Virus record (IMG/VR): IMGVR_UViG_2639762987_000003
Source: a virus
Lineage: Duplodnaviria; Heunggongvirae; Uroviricota; Caudoviricetes
Strand: one strand, 5' to 3'
DNA: 48,166 bases
Made by a program: the position numbers and the translations under genes
Shown here: one piece after another, positions 26,986 to 37,012 of the stretch
How the letters are laid out: the number at the start of each line of letters is the position of its first letter
Numbering within the stretch: position 1 is the first letter of the stretch
The notes under the pieces: generated by a model
Database searches by the model: none
Told to the model about the DNA's origin: nothing
What the model saw: the letters and a program-made list of their open reading frames with translations, nothing else

Positions 26986-27602
26986 GCCTGAGCCTCCGTT
27001 GTCGGAGCGTATTCCCCCTGAGCTGTGTGATGGTGGCCTTTAGATTTAATCCCATCAACATCTATATCACCACCAACAACCTTAACATTCCCAGAAATTG
27101 TAGCTGCAACACCTCCAGCAGAAGATCCTTTCATTCCACCTTTGAAGGTTAGTAATCCTTCAACTGTAGCATTTCCGGTAATGATGGTTTCTGGAGCATC
27201 AATAGTTACGGTTCCTGTAGCCTTAATGGTTACATCTCCGACAGCATCAACAAGGAGTAAATTAGATTCTCTGTCTATCTCAATACGAGTTCCGTTATTA
27301 AATCTAATGACGCGTTTATTAACAGTATTAGATGGCGGCTTCTGTGTTTCATCATAAAAACTACCAAGAATAAAACCTTGTTGCGGCCCCGCGGGATGAA
27401 AGATACACAAAACTTGCTCACCAATATCTGGCATCCAGTAATCAGCATTCTTATCTGTATTTTTCACAATAACTGATAACTTTGCCGAAGTGACGTTATC
27501 CTGATCATCGAAAGTAACTCTTGCTGTAACATCACCATCATCAATATCAGAAACAACGCCAACTCTTATAGTCTGACGTAATAATGTTTCTAAATCATTC
27601 AT
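26982..27602 (-). CDS. Baseplate spike/assembly protein, gpV-like
   Basis: 206-aa protein with beta-rich repeats and a C-terminal Gly/His-rich tip. Confidence 0.7.
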   Translation of the reverse strand: MNDLETLLRQTIRVGVVSDIDDGDVTARVTFDDQDNVTSAKLSVIVKNTDKNADYWMPDIGEQVLCIFHPAGPQQGFILGSFYDETQKPPSNTVNKRVIRFNNGTRIEIDRESNLLLVDAVGDVTIKATGTVTIDAPETIITGNATVEGLLTFKGGMKGSSAGGVAATISGNVKVVGGDIDVDGIKSKGHHHTAQGEYAPTTEAQA

Positions 27603-27604
27603 AA

Positions 27605-28606
27605 TTAATACCCATTAATTACTCTTCGGACATCAATCGAGGTGGTATAACCACTAGTCCCAATTGAATGCACAGCTTTCGATATAAGATATTTTCCAGA
27701 AAATGAACCGAATCCCTCCAGATTTATAGTTACACCAGCTACCAATCTGGTGTCTCCAACCAATACTAAAGATCCGGTATTTTGATATCTATTTTTAAGC
27801 CGCAAAGCAGCCTTTGCCTTACGTTTTGCTTCATCTAAATTAGCTACCAGTTTTCTTATCTTAAGATTCGACCCTTCTTCTACGGATGGATCTACCCAAG
27901 TATACGAAAGCGACTTTCTTTTTTTAGGTACGCGATATTTGCACGTGCAACTTTTATACAAATCTGTAGATTGTGTGCTAAAGCTATATCTGATTATCTC
28001 ATCAATACCTAACGTAAGCGTAGCGATAGGATCTTTTTGCTCAAACATCTCTTGAGCAAATATTATTAATTGGCTATCAGTGACCTTTAACGACAACCCT
28101 TCATCCTGGCAAAGTCGATGGAGAAATTTTAAATCGCTTTCCTCCATTTGATCTTCACGTGCATAATATGGATTACTATCACCATCAATAAGAAACAACA
28201 GTTCAAGGTTAGCTAATTTAGCTATAGAAGTTGCTATATCTTTAAGAGTTGTTTTTTCCCATGCATTACTTTTTAAATCACGTCTAATGCCTGATGAAAT
28301 AGGAACAGAAACAGCAGTTACCTCAACCACAGAAGGTGGTCCAGAGCAAGTTATGCCATCTACCTGGAATTTCCCGCACTCAAGGACGATTTGATTTATA
28401 GGCTTAAAGCTCAAATCAATAAAATCACCCTTTTTAGGTGTCCAGTCTCCAGACCATTTCCCATCATCATTTTTTAATATAATAGAAATATCATCGACCT
28501 GACCATCTTCATTATCTGTATAAGACATTGACAAAACATCAGGTGACATATGAGCGGTAATATTTACATTCTGATATATAACATCAAAAAGCGTTTTACG
28601 TAACAC
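27605..28606 (-). CDS. Tail protein, P2 gpD-like
   Basis: 333-aa protein immediately after the tape measure and X-like genes. Confidence 0.55.
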   Translation of the reverse strand: MLRKTLFDVIYQNVNITAHMSPDVLSMSYTDNEDGQVDDISIILKNDDGKWSGDWTPKKGDFIDLSFKPINQIVLECGKFQVDGITCSGPPSVVEVTAVSVPISSGIRRDLKSNAWEKTTLKDIATSIAKLANLELLFLIDGDSNPYYAREDQMEESDLKFLHRLCQDEGLSLKVTDSQLIIFAQEMFEQKDPIATLTLGIDEIIRYSFSTQSTDLYKSCTCKYRVPKKRKSLSYTWVDPSVEEGSNLKIRKLVANLDEAKRKAKAALRLKNRYQNTGSLVLVGDTRLVAGVTINLEGFGSFSGKYLISKAVHSIGTSGYTTSIDVRRVINGY

Positions 28607-28814
28607 TATTGCGTCTCCACGGAGGAAAATTGTTTACTGATATTGGCATAACCGGAGCATCAGGAACTTTAAGAATAATTCCCGCAGAAAAAAGCACCGT
28701 AAAGCGGTGCTCAGTATTAGCATCAATAAGAAGATAAGACAGGTACTCATTACCATACAACTTTAAAGCGATACTATCCCATGAGTCCCCTTGAACCGTT
28801 CTATAATCATCCAA
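28596..28814 (-). CDS. Tail protein X-like (possible LysM-like fold)
   Basis: 72-aa ORF between tape measure and gpD-like gene. Confidence 0.45.
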   Translation of the reverse strand: MDDYRTVQGDSWDSIALKLYGNEYLSYLLIDANTEHRFTVLFSAGIILKVPDAPVMPISVNNFPPWRRNSVT

Positions 28815-31599
28815 AACTTAATCTCCGTTGTTGGAACATATGAGCACTCAATTTCTTCTCAAAATCAGAATATCCCGCATCTAATGCTCTTTTAGCTGCC
28901 GCCTCAGTTTCCTTTGGTGAACCAGCCGGAAGATTGATTACAGGTGAATAGGTTATTCCACCAGTCACAGCGTTAACGTTCTGGCGAGGTCCAGAAGTCC
29001 CGGCGGCAGATATCCCGTGAGGTGATAAATTTGATTGCCCGAACTTGCTTGCTATTGCATTCTGTAAGCTGTTATTCCTGCTAACACCTGATGCCAGAGT
29101 AGTCATTATTGCACCACCTGACTTTGTTAGCTGTGAGAATGGACCTTTTTTCGCGTCAGAGAACGGTAAATACTCACGTACAGAAGAAAAAACGCCTTTC
29201 ACTTCATTAATTAAAGCATTTGCTTTTGATTTTATCCCAGTGATTAACGTCTCAATTATTTTTGCGCCTGACTCACTCCAGTTTATTCCAGATAAATAAG
29301 TCGTTACAGATTGGAATGCTCTTATAAAGAGTCCAACTGGTGAAAAACGCATAAAAACAGATACCAGTGTATCTATGATTTTCTTTCCTGTTTCGCTCCA
29401 GTTAATGCCAGAAAGGTAATTTGTTGTAATTTTAAATGCTTTAATTAAGAACGGAAGCGGAGACATCCATTTAAAAGCACTAATTAATGTACTGTAAATT
29501 CTTACACCTGCCGAACTCCAGTTTATGTTGGAAAGATAATCCCATGCTTTACCAAACATAGATATAATCCATCCATTGAGGTCAAAGTTTAAGATAAAGT
29601 TTTTTATAGCCTCAAATGATTTAACTGTATATTCCTTAACAGAAGGCCAAACTCTGACAGCATAATCTCTGATCTTATCCCAATTCTGATAGAGCAATAT
29701 TCCTGCGGCAACCAGCGCAGATATAGCCATCTGAATCCACCCGAAGGGTGTTAGCTTTGTCGCTACAGATAAAGCCAGCATAGCTACCCTACACGCTATA
29801 ACCACACTTTTCATGGTTAGAAACGCACCTGCCGCCATCACTATCTGAGACACAAAATTGGGGTTGTTAGCTACAAATTCACTAATTTTTGTAATCAGCG
29901 GAACCAAAACACTAAGCGCGGCATTCAAAGCAGGTTGCAAGGCCTGACCAAAACTTAATGATGCATTGCTAGCCTGAATACGTAATTGTTTCAATCGCTC
30001 CGCATTATCTTTCGTTATGTTGGCAAAATCGCGGTCAATAACAGCACTTCCAGCTCCAAGAGATGTTGCTTTGATTCTCTGGTATTCCTTCCAGTTTTGA
30101 ATCATCGGACGAACAAAGTTCTGAACCTGCATATCGCCAAATAGTTCACCAAGTAACTTCTGATCTCCGTTCTTAGTCATTTTCATGACAGAATGCATTG
30201 CAGCTTCGAATGGATTCTTCCCTTTTTTCTGCGCTGTTGTAACAATTTTATATAAATCTACACCGAAATTTTTCTTTGCTTTTTTTAGTGTTTCAGGGGA
30301 AAGTATTTTTGCCAAAAAGTTGTTCATATTATTAGCAGCCTCATCCGAAGTTGCAGCCCCCTTGCGAGCTATCTGCAAAGCTGCACCCATCGTCGCGGCT
30401 GCTTCTTTACCTCCCATTTTTAATGCCTGGAACTGAGCACCAAGCACAGGAAGATTTTTGGCCATATCTTTAAATTCAAAGTTCCCCTCTTTCCCTGCCT
30501 GAACCAGAATCCCCATTGCAGACTTCATTTGAGATGGATCAATCTTCAATGAGTCACTTAATGTAAATGATGCTTTCGAGACATCGAGGATATCAGAGCC
30601 AGTAGCTGTAGCTGTTCGCCCAATAGTTAGTAGATTCGCCTGAGCCTCTTTATAATCCTGCCCAGCAGCGACGAGAAAACCCTGAGCGGCCTGAATATCA
30701 GATGCAAACTGGTTGGTAGCCGTTCCGGTAACAAGCATCGCCTGCCCCATCGCCTGAACTTCTTCCGGCTTCATATCTGCCGTAAGACCAATCATTTTGT
30801 TTTCACGATTGAAATTTGCTGCATTGTTAGCAGCAGCAAATGCACCAGCCGCTACAGCACCAGTTTGTAATCCTGACCTTACAAGTTGACTCTTTGCCTC
30901 ACCAAGATGCTCTCGCTTCAATTCACGCTGCCTTTCCAACGCGCGGTTTAACTCCTCCTGAGCACGTTTTACTGCAAGAACATTTTTCCGTGCTTCAGCC
31001 AACGCATTTTTATAGCTGTTAATTTTATCAATACGTTGTTTTTCTAATGCCCGGTTAAGTTCCTCCTGCTGTTTTTTCACTTGCTGAACATTTGCTCTGG
31101 CTAAAGCCAAAGCCGTTCTGTAGCGGTTAACCTGCTCAACGCTACGGGCCTGAGCCTCACGATTACGATCAATGCTGGCTTTAAGCTCTTTCTCTCTTGA
31201 GGCCAAAGCTCTGGCAGATGTATCAGCTCCCTGATAGGCAGACTTTAAAGCGGCCAGTTCTTCACGCTGAGAACGTAGTGATGCTCGTAAATTCGATGAA
31301 TGTGTTTTTGCCTTCTCAAAGTCACGAAGCATCGCTCTGGTTGGATTGGCCGTGTTTTTTATTTGCTTCTGTAACTCTTCAACGCGAGCGGCAGCTTTAT
31401 GATATTCGAGGGCAGTCTGTCCAACCTTTACTTTTACAGATTGTAGCTTTTGAATTTCCCCATGTTCTTTCGTTAATCCAGCAAGCTCGGCATTTAATTT
31501 AGCAACAGCCTGATTAGCTGTAGTAAAACTTTTGGGGAGAGAGGCGGCAACTTTGCCGCCAATTTCAAAAGCCAGCTTAAAGTTCTTATTGCTGGCCAT
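28807..31599 (-). CDS. Tail tape measure protein
   Basis: 930-aa protein with long coiled-coil N-terminal part and three SGINWSE(S/T)G...II(D/E)TL repeats. Confidence 0.85.
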   Translation of the reverse strand: MASNKNFKLAFEIGGKVAASLPKSFTTANQAVAKLNAELAGLTKEHGEIQKLQSVKVKVGQTALEYHKAAARVEELQKQIKNTANPTRAMLRDFEKAKTHSSNLRASLRSQREELAALKSAYQGADTSARALASREKELKASIDRNREAQARSVEQVNRYRTALALARANVQQVKKQQEELNRALEKQRIDKINSYKNALAEARKNVLAVKRAQEELNRALERQRELKREHLGEAKSQLVRSGLQTGAVAAGAFAAANNAANFNRENKMIGLTADMKPEEVQAMGQAMLVTGTATNQFASDIQAAQGFLVAAGQDYKEAQANLLTIGRTATATGSDILDVSKASFTLSDSLKIDPSQMKSAMGILVQAGKEGNFEFKDMAKNLPVLGAQFQALKMGGKEAAATMGAALQIARKGAATSDEAANNMNNFLAKILSPETLKKAKKNFGVDLYKIVTTAQKKGKNPFEAAMHSVMKMTKNGDQKLLGELFGDMQVQNFVRPMIQNWKEYQRIKATSLGAGSAVIDRDFANITKDNAERLKQLRIQASNASLSFGQALQPALNAALSVLVPLITKISEFVANNPNFVSQIVMAAGAFLTMKSVVIACRVAMLALSVATKLTPFGWIQMAISALVAAGILLYQNWDKIRDYAVRVWPSVKEYTVKSFEAIKNFILNFDLNGWIISMFGKAWDYLSNINWSSAGVRIYSTLISAFKWMSPLPFLIKAFKITTNYLSGINWSETGKKIIDTLVSVFMRFSPVGLFIRAFQSVTTYLSGINWSESGAKIIETLITGIKSKANALINEVKGVFSSVREYLPFSDAKKGPFSQLTKSGGAIMTTLASGVSRNNSLQNAIASKFGQSNLSPHGISAAGTSGPRQNVNAVTGGITYSPVINLPAGSPKETEAAAKRALDAGYSDFEKKLSAHMFQQRRLSFG

Positions 31600-31604
31600 T
31601 AGTA

Positions 31605-31787
31605 TTAATCCTCATTAAACACGTCAATCCATGCGACGATTCGCCTCAACCGAAGCGAAAGCCAGTAGGATATAGGTGTTGATTGAGATGATTGAGATAG
31701 AGAACTCGCGGCCCTCATTATTTGCTTATCAATAGGTTTTTGCTCATCAAAACCTACGAGAGCAAAAAATTCTGTACCTTTTGACAA
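31605..31787 (-). CDS. Frameshift-extension ORF of the tail assembly chaperone (-1 frame)
   Basis: Overlaps the 3' end of the 31754..32035 ORF in the -1 frame; slippery heptamer T-TTT-TTG at 31763-31769. Confidence 0.55.
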   Translation of the reverse strand: MSKGTEFFALVGFDEQKPIDKQIMRAASSLSQSSQSTPISYWLSLRLRRIVAWIDVFNED

Positions 31788-32035
31788 ACTTTAACAAAGT
31801 CTTTCGCTGGTAATCCATTCAGATACTCTATTGGACGACCAATACAGCGAGCAGCCAAGGCTGCATGGACTTTATTATCAAGTGATGTTTGAACTGAAAC
31901 ATGCCCTTGAGATTGCAGTAAGTCCGATACCTCTAAAATATCACTGCCTTTTAGGTTGTCTAAATCAAGGTTGAGTTCAGTCACTGGCTCAAAGTCTTCA
32001 AAACGATATTCTTTACTTAATTTAACGGTTTCCAT
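31754..32035 (-). CDS. Tail assembly chaperone (gpG/gpE-like)
   Basis: 93-aa acidic protein between tail tube and tape measure genes. Confidence 0.6.
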   Translation of the reverse strand: METVKLSKEYRFEDFEPVTELNLDLDNLKGSDILEVSDLLQSQGHVSVQTSLDNKVHAALAARCIGRPIEYLNGLPAKDFVKVCQKVQNFLLS

Positions 32036-32044
32036 TTTTTCACC

Positions 32045-32566
32045 TTATAAACCTAAATCATCACGAACAGTTTTTAATATATCTTCGCCATCAAAGATAC
32101 AAATAAAGTTCAACTTATCAATTTCTAAGACTTCTTTCCCATCAATAAATAATTTGATATAGAGAACTTCGAATTCATTTTCTGAATCAGTGGCCTTTGC
32201 TACCTGTAGCGAACCCAAATCCAGTTTTTTAGGATTTAGCTTCATTGAAGCTCGAATAGGAACCGTTTTATATTTTCCTGTTCCGGCATCATAAACCTGC
32301 TGGCTACCGCGAAAATCTACCTGATGCGATGAGGATAGAAATAATTTTGTACCAGCAGAGGTCAGAGTTCGCCATTTAAGAGAGACAGTCATTGGTTTGA
32401 AATGCCCCAGCGTTCCGCTATCAAGCTCTCCAGCGATACCTGCACCACTAACAGTTTCTGTCATCATCTCAATTGATGGCAGCTTTGCGTCAGCAACACC
32501 GATAATACGGTTTCCCTCACCGTATACTGTAAAGTTAATAAGTCTCTCAGGAATTTGATTGCTCAA
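32045..32566 (-). CDS. Tail tube protein
   Basis: 173-aa protein directly downstream of the sheath gene. Confidence 0.7.
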   Translation of the reverse strand: MSNQIPERLINFTVYGEGNRIIGVADAKLPSIEMMTETVSGAGIAGELDSGTLGHFKPMTVSLKWRTLTSAGTKLFLSSSHQVDFRGSQQVYDAGTGKYKTVPIRASMKLNPKKLDLGSLQVAKATDSENEFEVLYIKLFIDGKEVLEIDKLNFICIFDGEDILKTVRDDLGL

Positions 32567-32582
32567 AGCAACCTCCTATTAT

Positions 32583-34046
32583 TTATTCAGAAAACAAGTT
32601 CAGCAGATAATCAGGATTATATTCCATGACGAACTCTATATCTCTGGCAGGTGAGAATGGTGTCATTTTTACATGGAATTTAACAATCCCGTCCATCAAT
32701 GACGTAATCGTGTTTTCAGACTGATCAAAGGTAACAACACCACCTGCAATATCCTGATTACCTGTGAGGCCGTTAAGCCAAATATTCGCACTTGTAACAA
32801 TCGATTCAATTAATCGACGGTTTGCAGGATTGTCTATTTTTGACCAATGCGAAAGAATTAACGTATTACCCACCCAGTTAAACATACGTCGGCAAACACG
32901 AAATGCGTCTTTGGGGTCTGTAGATGTTGGATAAATAGCATTACGGTTTCCCCATGATTTCCAACCATCAAAATTAAGGCTTGTTACAATCCCCTGTCCA
33001 TTTAAGTAGTTTGCCTGGCTAATGTTAAGCCATACTTCACTGCCATCTTTACGTACAGCACCGTCCATCTGTAGTTTTATATTTGACGGAGAACGTGATG
33101 GAATATCGCCATACTGACTATCCAGCAAGCATGTTGCGGCCGCTAAATGGGTTGAGTGATGGTAAATATTGTCACCAAGTTTCACCATCGGCCAGCACAC
33201 TGTCTGGTTAGCGGCCATGTGATTATTGTTCTGTTTCCATTCAGGAACAGCCGAGTAATCACTGATAGTAGATTTATCGGTCGGTGCATCAGTTATGGCT
33301 TCTGCTTTGAACAATTCACTAATCAACGCGGCTTTAGCCGCCATTAGCTGACCAACTTCACTATCAGAACTAAATCCAGGCGCAATCACTTGTCCAGGAA
33401 CCAACTTGAAGCGGGGATACACATCAGACAGTAACTCAAGCCCTGTATTGGCTTTAGTGTTGGAATCCACACCACCGATAATGTCATTTTTAGTTACGGC
33501 ACCGGGATCAAGATGTGTATAACTAACCTTAAGAGTAGCGTCTTTTTCGGTAATTTTTCCTCCGCTAATAGCGGTAATGACCGTATAGCCATTATCATCC
33601 AGCGCCAGCACATAATCGGTATCAACCGTTAACCCTGCCGAATCACCATCTGCTTTTTTCACAACAACAGATTTATATAAGACACCATCGTTAGAGAGCG
33701 TACCTTTCCCGCCAGAAAGTTTTACTACCTCATCAGTTACGTCTTTCTTATGCTTTGCTGGATCAAGCACATTGATAAATACAACTGGCGCAACACCATA
33801 TATTCCAAATGCGACTTTAATTACTTCGCTTAAAGTATATTTCTCGAAGTTTGTGCTATATCCTATTTTAGATACGGCCTCTGCGTATGTATAAGCAATG
33901 ATAGGTTTATTTACCGCTGAGGCTGGATCTTCTAACTGATTAACAGGAGCTGTACCAAATGCGACAATCAACCCAGCACTAACTTGTACTGGAGGAGTTA
34001 TAGATGTAGCCAGCTCAGATATATAAATACCGTGGCGATATCCCAT
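32583..34046 (-). CDS. Contractile tail sheath protein
   Basis: 487-aa protein at the head of the sheath-tube-chaperone-tape measure block. Confidence 0.8.
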   Translation of the reverse strand: MGYRHGIYISELATSITPPVQVSAGLIVAFGTAPVNQLEDPASAVNKPIIAYTYAEAVSKIGYSTNFEKYTLSEVIKVAFGIYGVAPVVFINVLDPAKHKKDVTDEVVKLSGGKGTLSNDGVLYKSVVVKKADGDSAGLTVDTDYVLALDDNGYTVITAISGGKITEKDATLKVSYTHLDPGAVTKNDIIGGVDSNTKANTGLELLSDVYPRFKLVPGQVIAPGFSSDSEVGQLMAAKAALISELFKAEAITDAPTDKSTISDYSAVPEWKQNNNHMAANQTVCWPMVKLGDNIYHHSTHLAAATCLLDSQYGDIPSRSPSNIKLQMDGAVRKDGSEVWLNISQANYLNGQGIVTSLNFDGWKSWGNRNAIYPTSTDPKDAFRVCRRMFNWVGNTLILSHWSKIDNPANRRLIESIVTSANIWLNGLTGNQDIAGGVVTFDQSENTITSLMDGIVKFHVKMTPFSPARDIEFVMEYNPDYLLNLFSE

Positions 34047-34336
34047 TATTTAATCTCCATGATAGAAGAAGAAACTCTAGAGTACATTACATACTCGACA
34101 CTGGTTTTATCAGAAAGTCTTTTTTCTGCATCTGCAAAATCACTGGTTGCCACAAACAAACACTTTGCACCAGGAATATGTGATATTAATTTTTCACACT
34201 CTGGAGATAAGCCATTCTTAAATAGTTTATGCTTCAAAATTGAGAGTTGAGGGATTGTTGGTCCTATATATACAAATGTTTGAGCAACATCTTCCTTCTT
34301 TTCTATATCTTCTTTACTACTTTTCTTATTAGCCAT
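34046..34336 (-). CDS. Hypothetical virion/neck protein
   Basis: 96-aa ORF between head and tail modules. Confidence 0.4.
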   Translation of the reverse strand: MANKKSSKEDIEKKEDVAQTFVYIGPTIPQLSILKHKLFKNGLSPECEKLISHIPGAKCLFVATSDFADAEKRLSDKTSVEYVMYSRVSSSIMEIK

Positions 34337-34822
34337 TTAGATAAACTCCTGAGACTGAATATTCTGAGGCTTTAATACTAGCCACGTTCCAGTTGCTTCC
34401 GTTATCCAATATGGATATGGTTGATCATCAAACATTCGCCATCTGATATCACCCTGAAAGAGAAATTTCTCTTCAAGTAAAGGCTTCTCCTGAAAATGAA
34501 ACATCATCCTTTCAAGAAGAGCCATTACCCATTCATACCCAGTATGGTCCTCACAAAAACCACCTAGAAGAAACTTAACCTTAACTTCATCCGTTTCAGG
34601 CTGCATTCCTCCTTCCGTGGGTCTGATAATCACATGAGGAAATTCTGGCGGTTTATCTGGAGATGGTTGTGATTTAGGAGGCAAGTACCCTTTAAATATT
34701 GTTGGAACAAACAATTTAATATCGCTGTCTGTTTCATCATAAGGAGGCCCCTGCACTAATAAATCATGGAAAACCTCATGTTCCAACCGATTTTTTATTG
34801 CATCTATCAAAAGATTAATCAA
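34337..34822 (-). CDS. Putative tail completion/neck protein
   Basis: 161-aa ORF between head and tail modules. Confidence 0.4.
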   Translation of the reverse strand: MINLLIDAIKNRLEHEVFHDLLVQGPPYDETDSDIKLFVPTIFKGYLPPKSQPSPDKPPEFPHVIIRPTEGGMQPETDEVKVKFLLGGFCEDHTGYEWVMALLERMMFHFQEKPLLEEKFLFQGDIRWRMFDDQPYPYWITEATGTWLVLKPQNIQSQEFI

Positions 34823-35163
34823 ATCGGCATTCCTCTGTTAGTATTAACAGTGAGAGTTATTTCCAATACACCAACATTATCTGATACTTCATCAACAATA
34901 TAACTTTTACCGTTGATTTTCATTGACTGGTCTTTGACAGGGAGAACAGGAAAATCTTTTCTTGAAACAAATAATATTATTTGCCCCTGATTTATTCCCT
35001 CTGCAAACTCAGCATATGAGCGTTTATTACGCTCATGAATAAGGTCTGTATCAATAACGGCAAGGATATCCTTGCCGTCTATGTTATATGTATCGGCAAA
35101 CTCTTTTTCATTGAGGAATATTGCAGAAATATCTTGCGCTATAACCTCTTTGAAGGAGTTCAT
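34819..35163 (-). CDS. Putative head-tail connector/head completion protein
   Basis: 114-aa ORF following the capsid block. Confidence 0.4.
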   Translation of the reverse strand: MNSFKEVIAQDISAIFLNEKEFADTYNIDGKDILAVIDTDLIHERNKRSYAEFAEGINQGQIILFVSRKDFPVLPVKDQSMKINGKSYIVDEVSDNVGVLEITLTVNTNRGMPI

Positions 35164-35555
35164 TACTTCTTATTACCTTTTTTTTGCGTTGATTTTTTCG
35201 CATTACTGGTATCAGAAGTAGCTACAGACTCAGATGAATCATCAGCAACCATTTCCTCATTGCCGCCATCATCCTCAAACTCAACCTCGAATACACAGCT
35301 ACCCGCCTCCGTTCGCGTAATCAACCCTGCGTCCACAGCATCATTAACAGCAGATGCGTATCCATGCTCAAAAGCTAACTTAGCAGCATCATAGCCCCCA
35401 GCCGATGCCAAATCACCATCCTCTTCGGTGGCAATAGCATGTCCTGACGCAATCAGTTCGGCAATTCTGGAGTTATCCATTAGCCCATTAAGCAAACGGC
35501 CCGCTTTTAGCGAGCCGTGGCTTATCGTATCAATGTTTTTAATCAGTCTGGCCAT
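35163..35555 (-). CDS. Hypothetical acidic protein downstream of the capsid gene
   Basis: 130-aa ORF with acidic stretch and Lys-rich C-terminus. Confidence 0.4.
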   Translation of the reverse strand: MARLIKNIDTISHGSLKAGRLLNGLMDNSRIAELIASGHAIATEEDGDLASAGGYDAAKLAFEHGYASAVNDAVDAGLITRTEAGSCVFEVEFEDDGGNEEMVADDSSESVATSDTSNAKKSTQKKGNKK

Positions 35556-36599
35556 TTAAACCACCTTAGCCACCAGATAGGCATCAGCCACACCAGGATT
35601 AGGCAGTGGAGATGACTTCATGGCAACATAACGGCCAGCCGGCTTACGAGTTACCCAGGTGTCTGGAACTCGTGGCGACTCAACAATCGTTAGAGTCTTT
35701 TCGGCGTCATCTACAAGCTCTACAGCACCATACAGCATCGTTCCTCGACCAGGAGAGCCAAAGAGGATCTTATCTTCCGGTACTAATGGTTCTGGTTTTC
35801 CTGTTTTATCATTGCGAATAAGTTCGTCGTAACCATAAAAATCGACACCTTCAAGATTGCCATAATGAGTTACGCCTTCTTCTAACTCCTTAGGCTCAAT
35901 ATACCCAAGCTCTTTTCGGCGATTATCAAGATATTTAGTTACTGCTTCATTTTTAACGAAGGCATCAACAACTTTTGCGCCCATTACGGCAACACGAGGT
36001 GTAAAACCTGAAGTTAGTGATACCCGACGTTTCCAGTTGCGAACATTGACCAACGGATCTGATTTTGCTGCACTCCATAAATCATCACCTGTCAGTTCAA
36101 GATATGGTTTATCTCCTTCCTCTTCAGGCCAAAAATAAACTGTGTCATCCACTCCTTCACCAACAATATCAACCTGCCCCGTAAACAAGACTTGTGCACA
36201 CATCCATTCTTCACGGCGGTTAACCATTTCATCAAGCTCAAGCAAATCTTTACCTAATTGCTCGGCGGCTCGTTCTTCTGGCGATTTTGCGTTGTAAATA
36301 TTCTCACCCGGAAGCCTGTTTAAAAGCAGCTCGGCTGTTGTTACCAAATCAGGTGCAACAAGTGGTGGCTCCAGAGTTCTCGTTACAAAGCCGCGTCGCT
36401 CAACGGTTTTTGAGCCAAAACCTTTACCAACAAACGGAGCCATAGTACGGCCCCCGCGAACAAAATCCAGATCAACTTTCTTTGTATTAAAGGTCTGAAC
36501 ACCAGGAAAAAAGGTACGAAGAAGAAAACGACGAGCCTTGAAATTCTGAATAACAGGCTCAAGCATTGTACGTCGTTCAAAAATATCAATATTCGGCAT
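35556..36599 (-). CDS. Major capsid protein, lambda gpE-like
   Basis: 347-aa protein with lambda E-like pattern (N-terminal LRTFFP; C-terminal PDTWVTRKPAGR resembling lambda PKNWVTTGDPARE). Confidence 0.8.
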   Translation of the reverse strand: MPNIDIFERRTMLEPVIQNFKARRFLLRTFFPGVQTFNTKKVDLDFVRGGRTMAPFVGKGFGSKTVERRGFVTRTLEPPLVAPDLVTTAELLLNRLPGENIYNAKSPEERAAEQLGKDLLELDEMVNRREEWMCAQVLFTGQVDIVGEGVDDTVYFWPEEEGDKPYLELTGDDLWSAAKSDPLVNVRNWKRRVSLTSGFTPRVAVMGAKVVDAFVKNEAVTKYLDNRRKELGYIEPKELEEGVTHYGNLEGVDFYGYDELIRNDKTGKPEPLVPEDKILFGSPGRGTMLYGAVELVDDAEKTLTIVESPRVPDTWVTRKPAGRYVAMKSSPLPNPGVADAYLVAKVV

Positions 36600-36619
36600 A
36601 AAAATACGACCTCTTTATA

Positions 36620-37003
36620 TTATGCAGATGGATTTTGTTGTGCGGTATTAAGGAATATCCCAACCTTCCGGCAAGCCAGATATACATCGGCAATCTTTGC
36701 TGATTCAGGAAGGATAACCGCATGTGCATTGAACATTCCGGTCAGCCATGCTGTTCCAACTTGCGCTGAATCAGTCGCATCAATATTGTGTTGAGCGATA
36801 CAATACGGTTCTTTTGCCTCCCCTTCACCAGAGAGATTTATTGGCGCCACAGTGACAACATTTGTTGTCTGATCAATACTGACAAAAGCAAGTAACTCAC
36901 CCCGTTTTACTTTACCGCTGGCAAGTTTAATACTTGTTGGAATTGCTGGCATACCACCAGAAATAATCAGATTATCTGGTTCAAATGAAAAAGACTCTCG
37001 CAT
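36620..37003 (-). CDS. Head decoration protein, gpD-like
   Basis: 127-aa protein between protease/scaffold and capsid genes. Confidence 0.55.
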   Translation of the reverse strand: MRESFSFEPDNLIISGGMPAIPTSIKLASGKVKRGELLAFVSIDQTTNVVTVAPINLSGEGEAKEPYCIAQHNIDATDSAQVGTAWLTGMFNAHAVILPESAKIADVYLACRKVGIFLNTAQQNPSA

Positions 37004-37012
37004 AAACTCACC

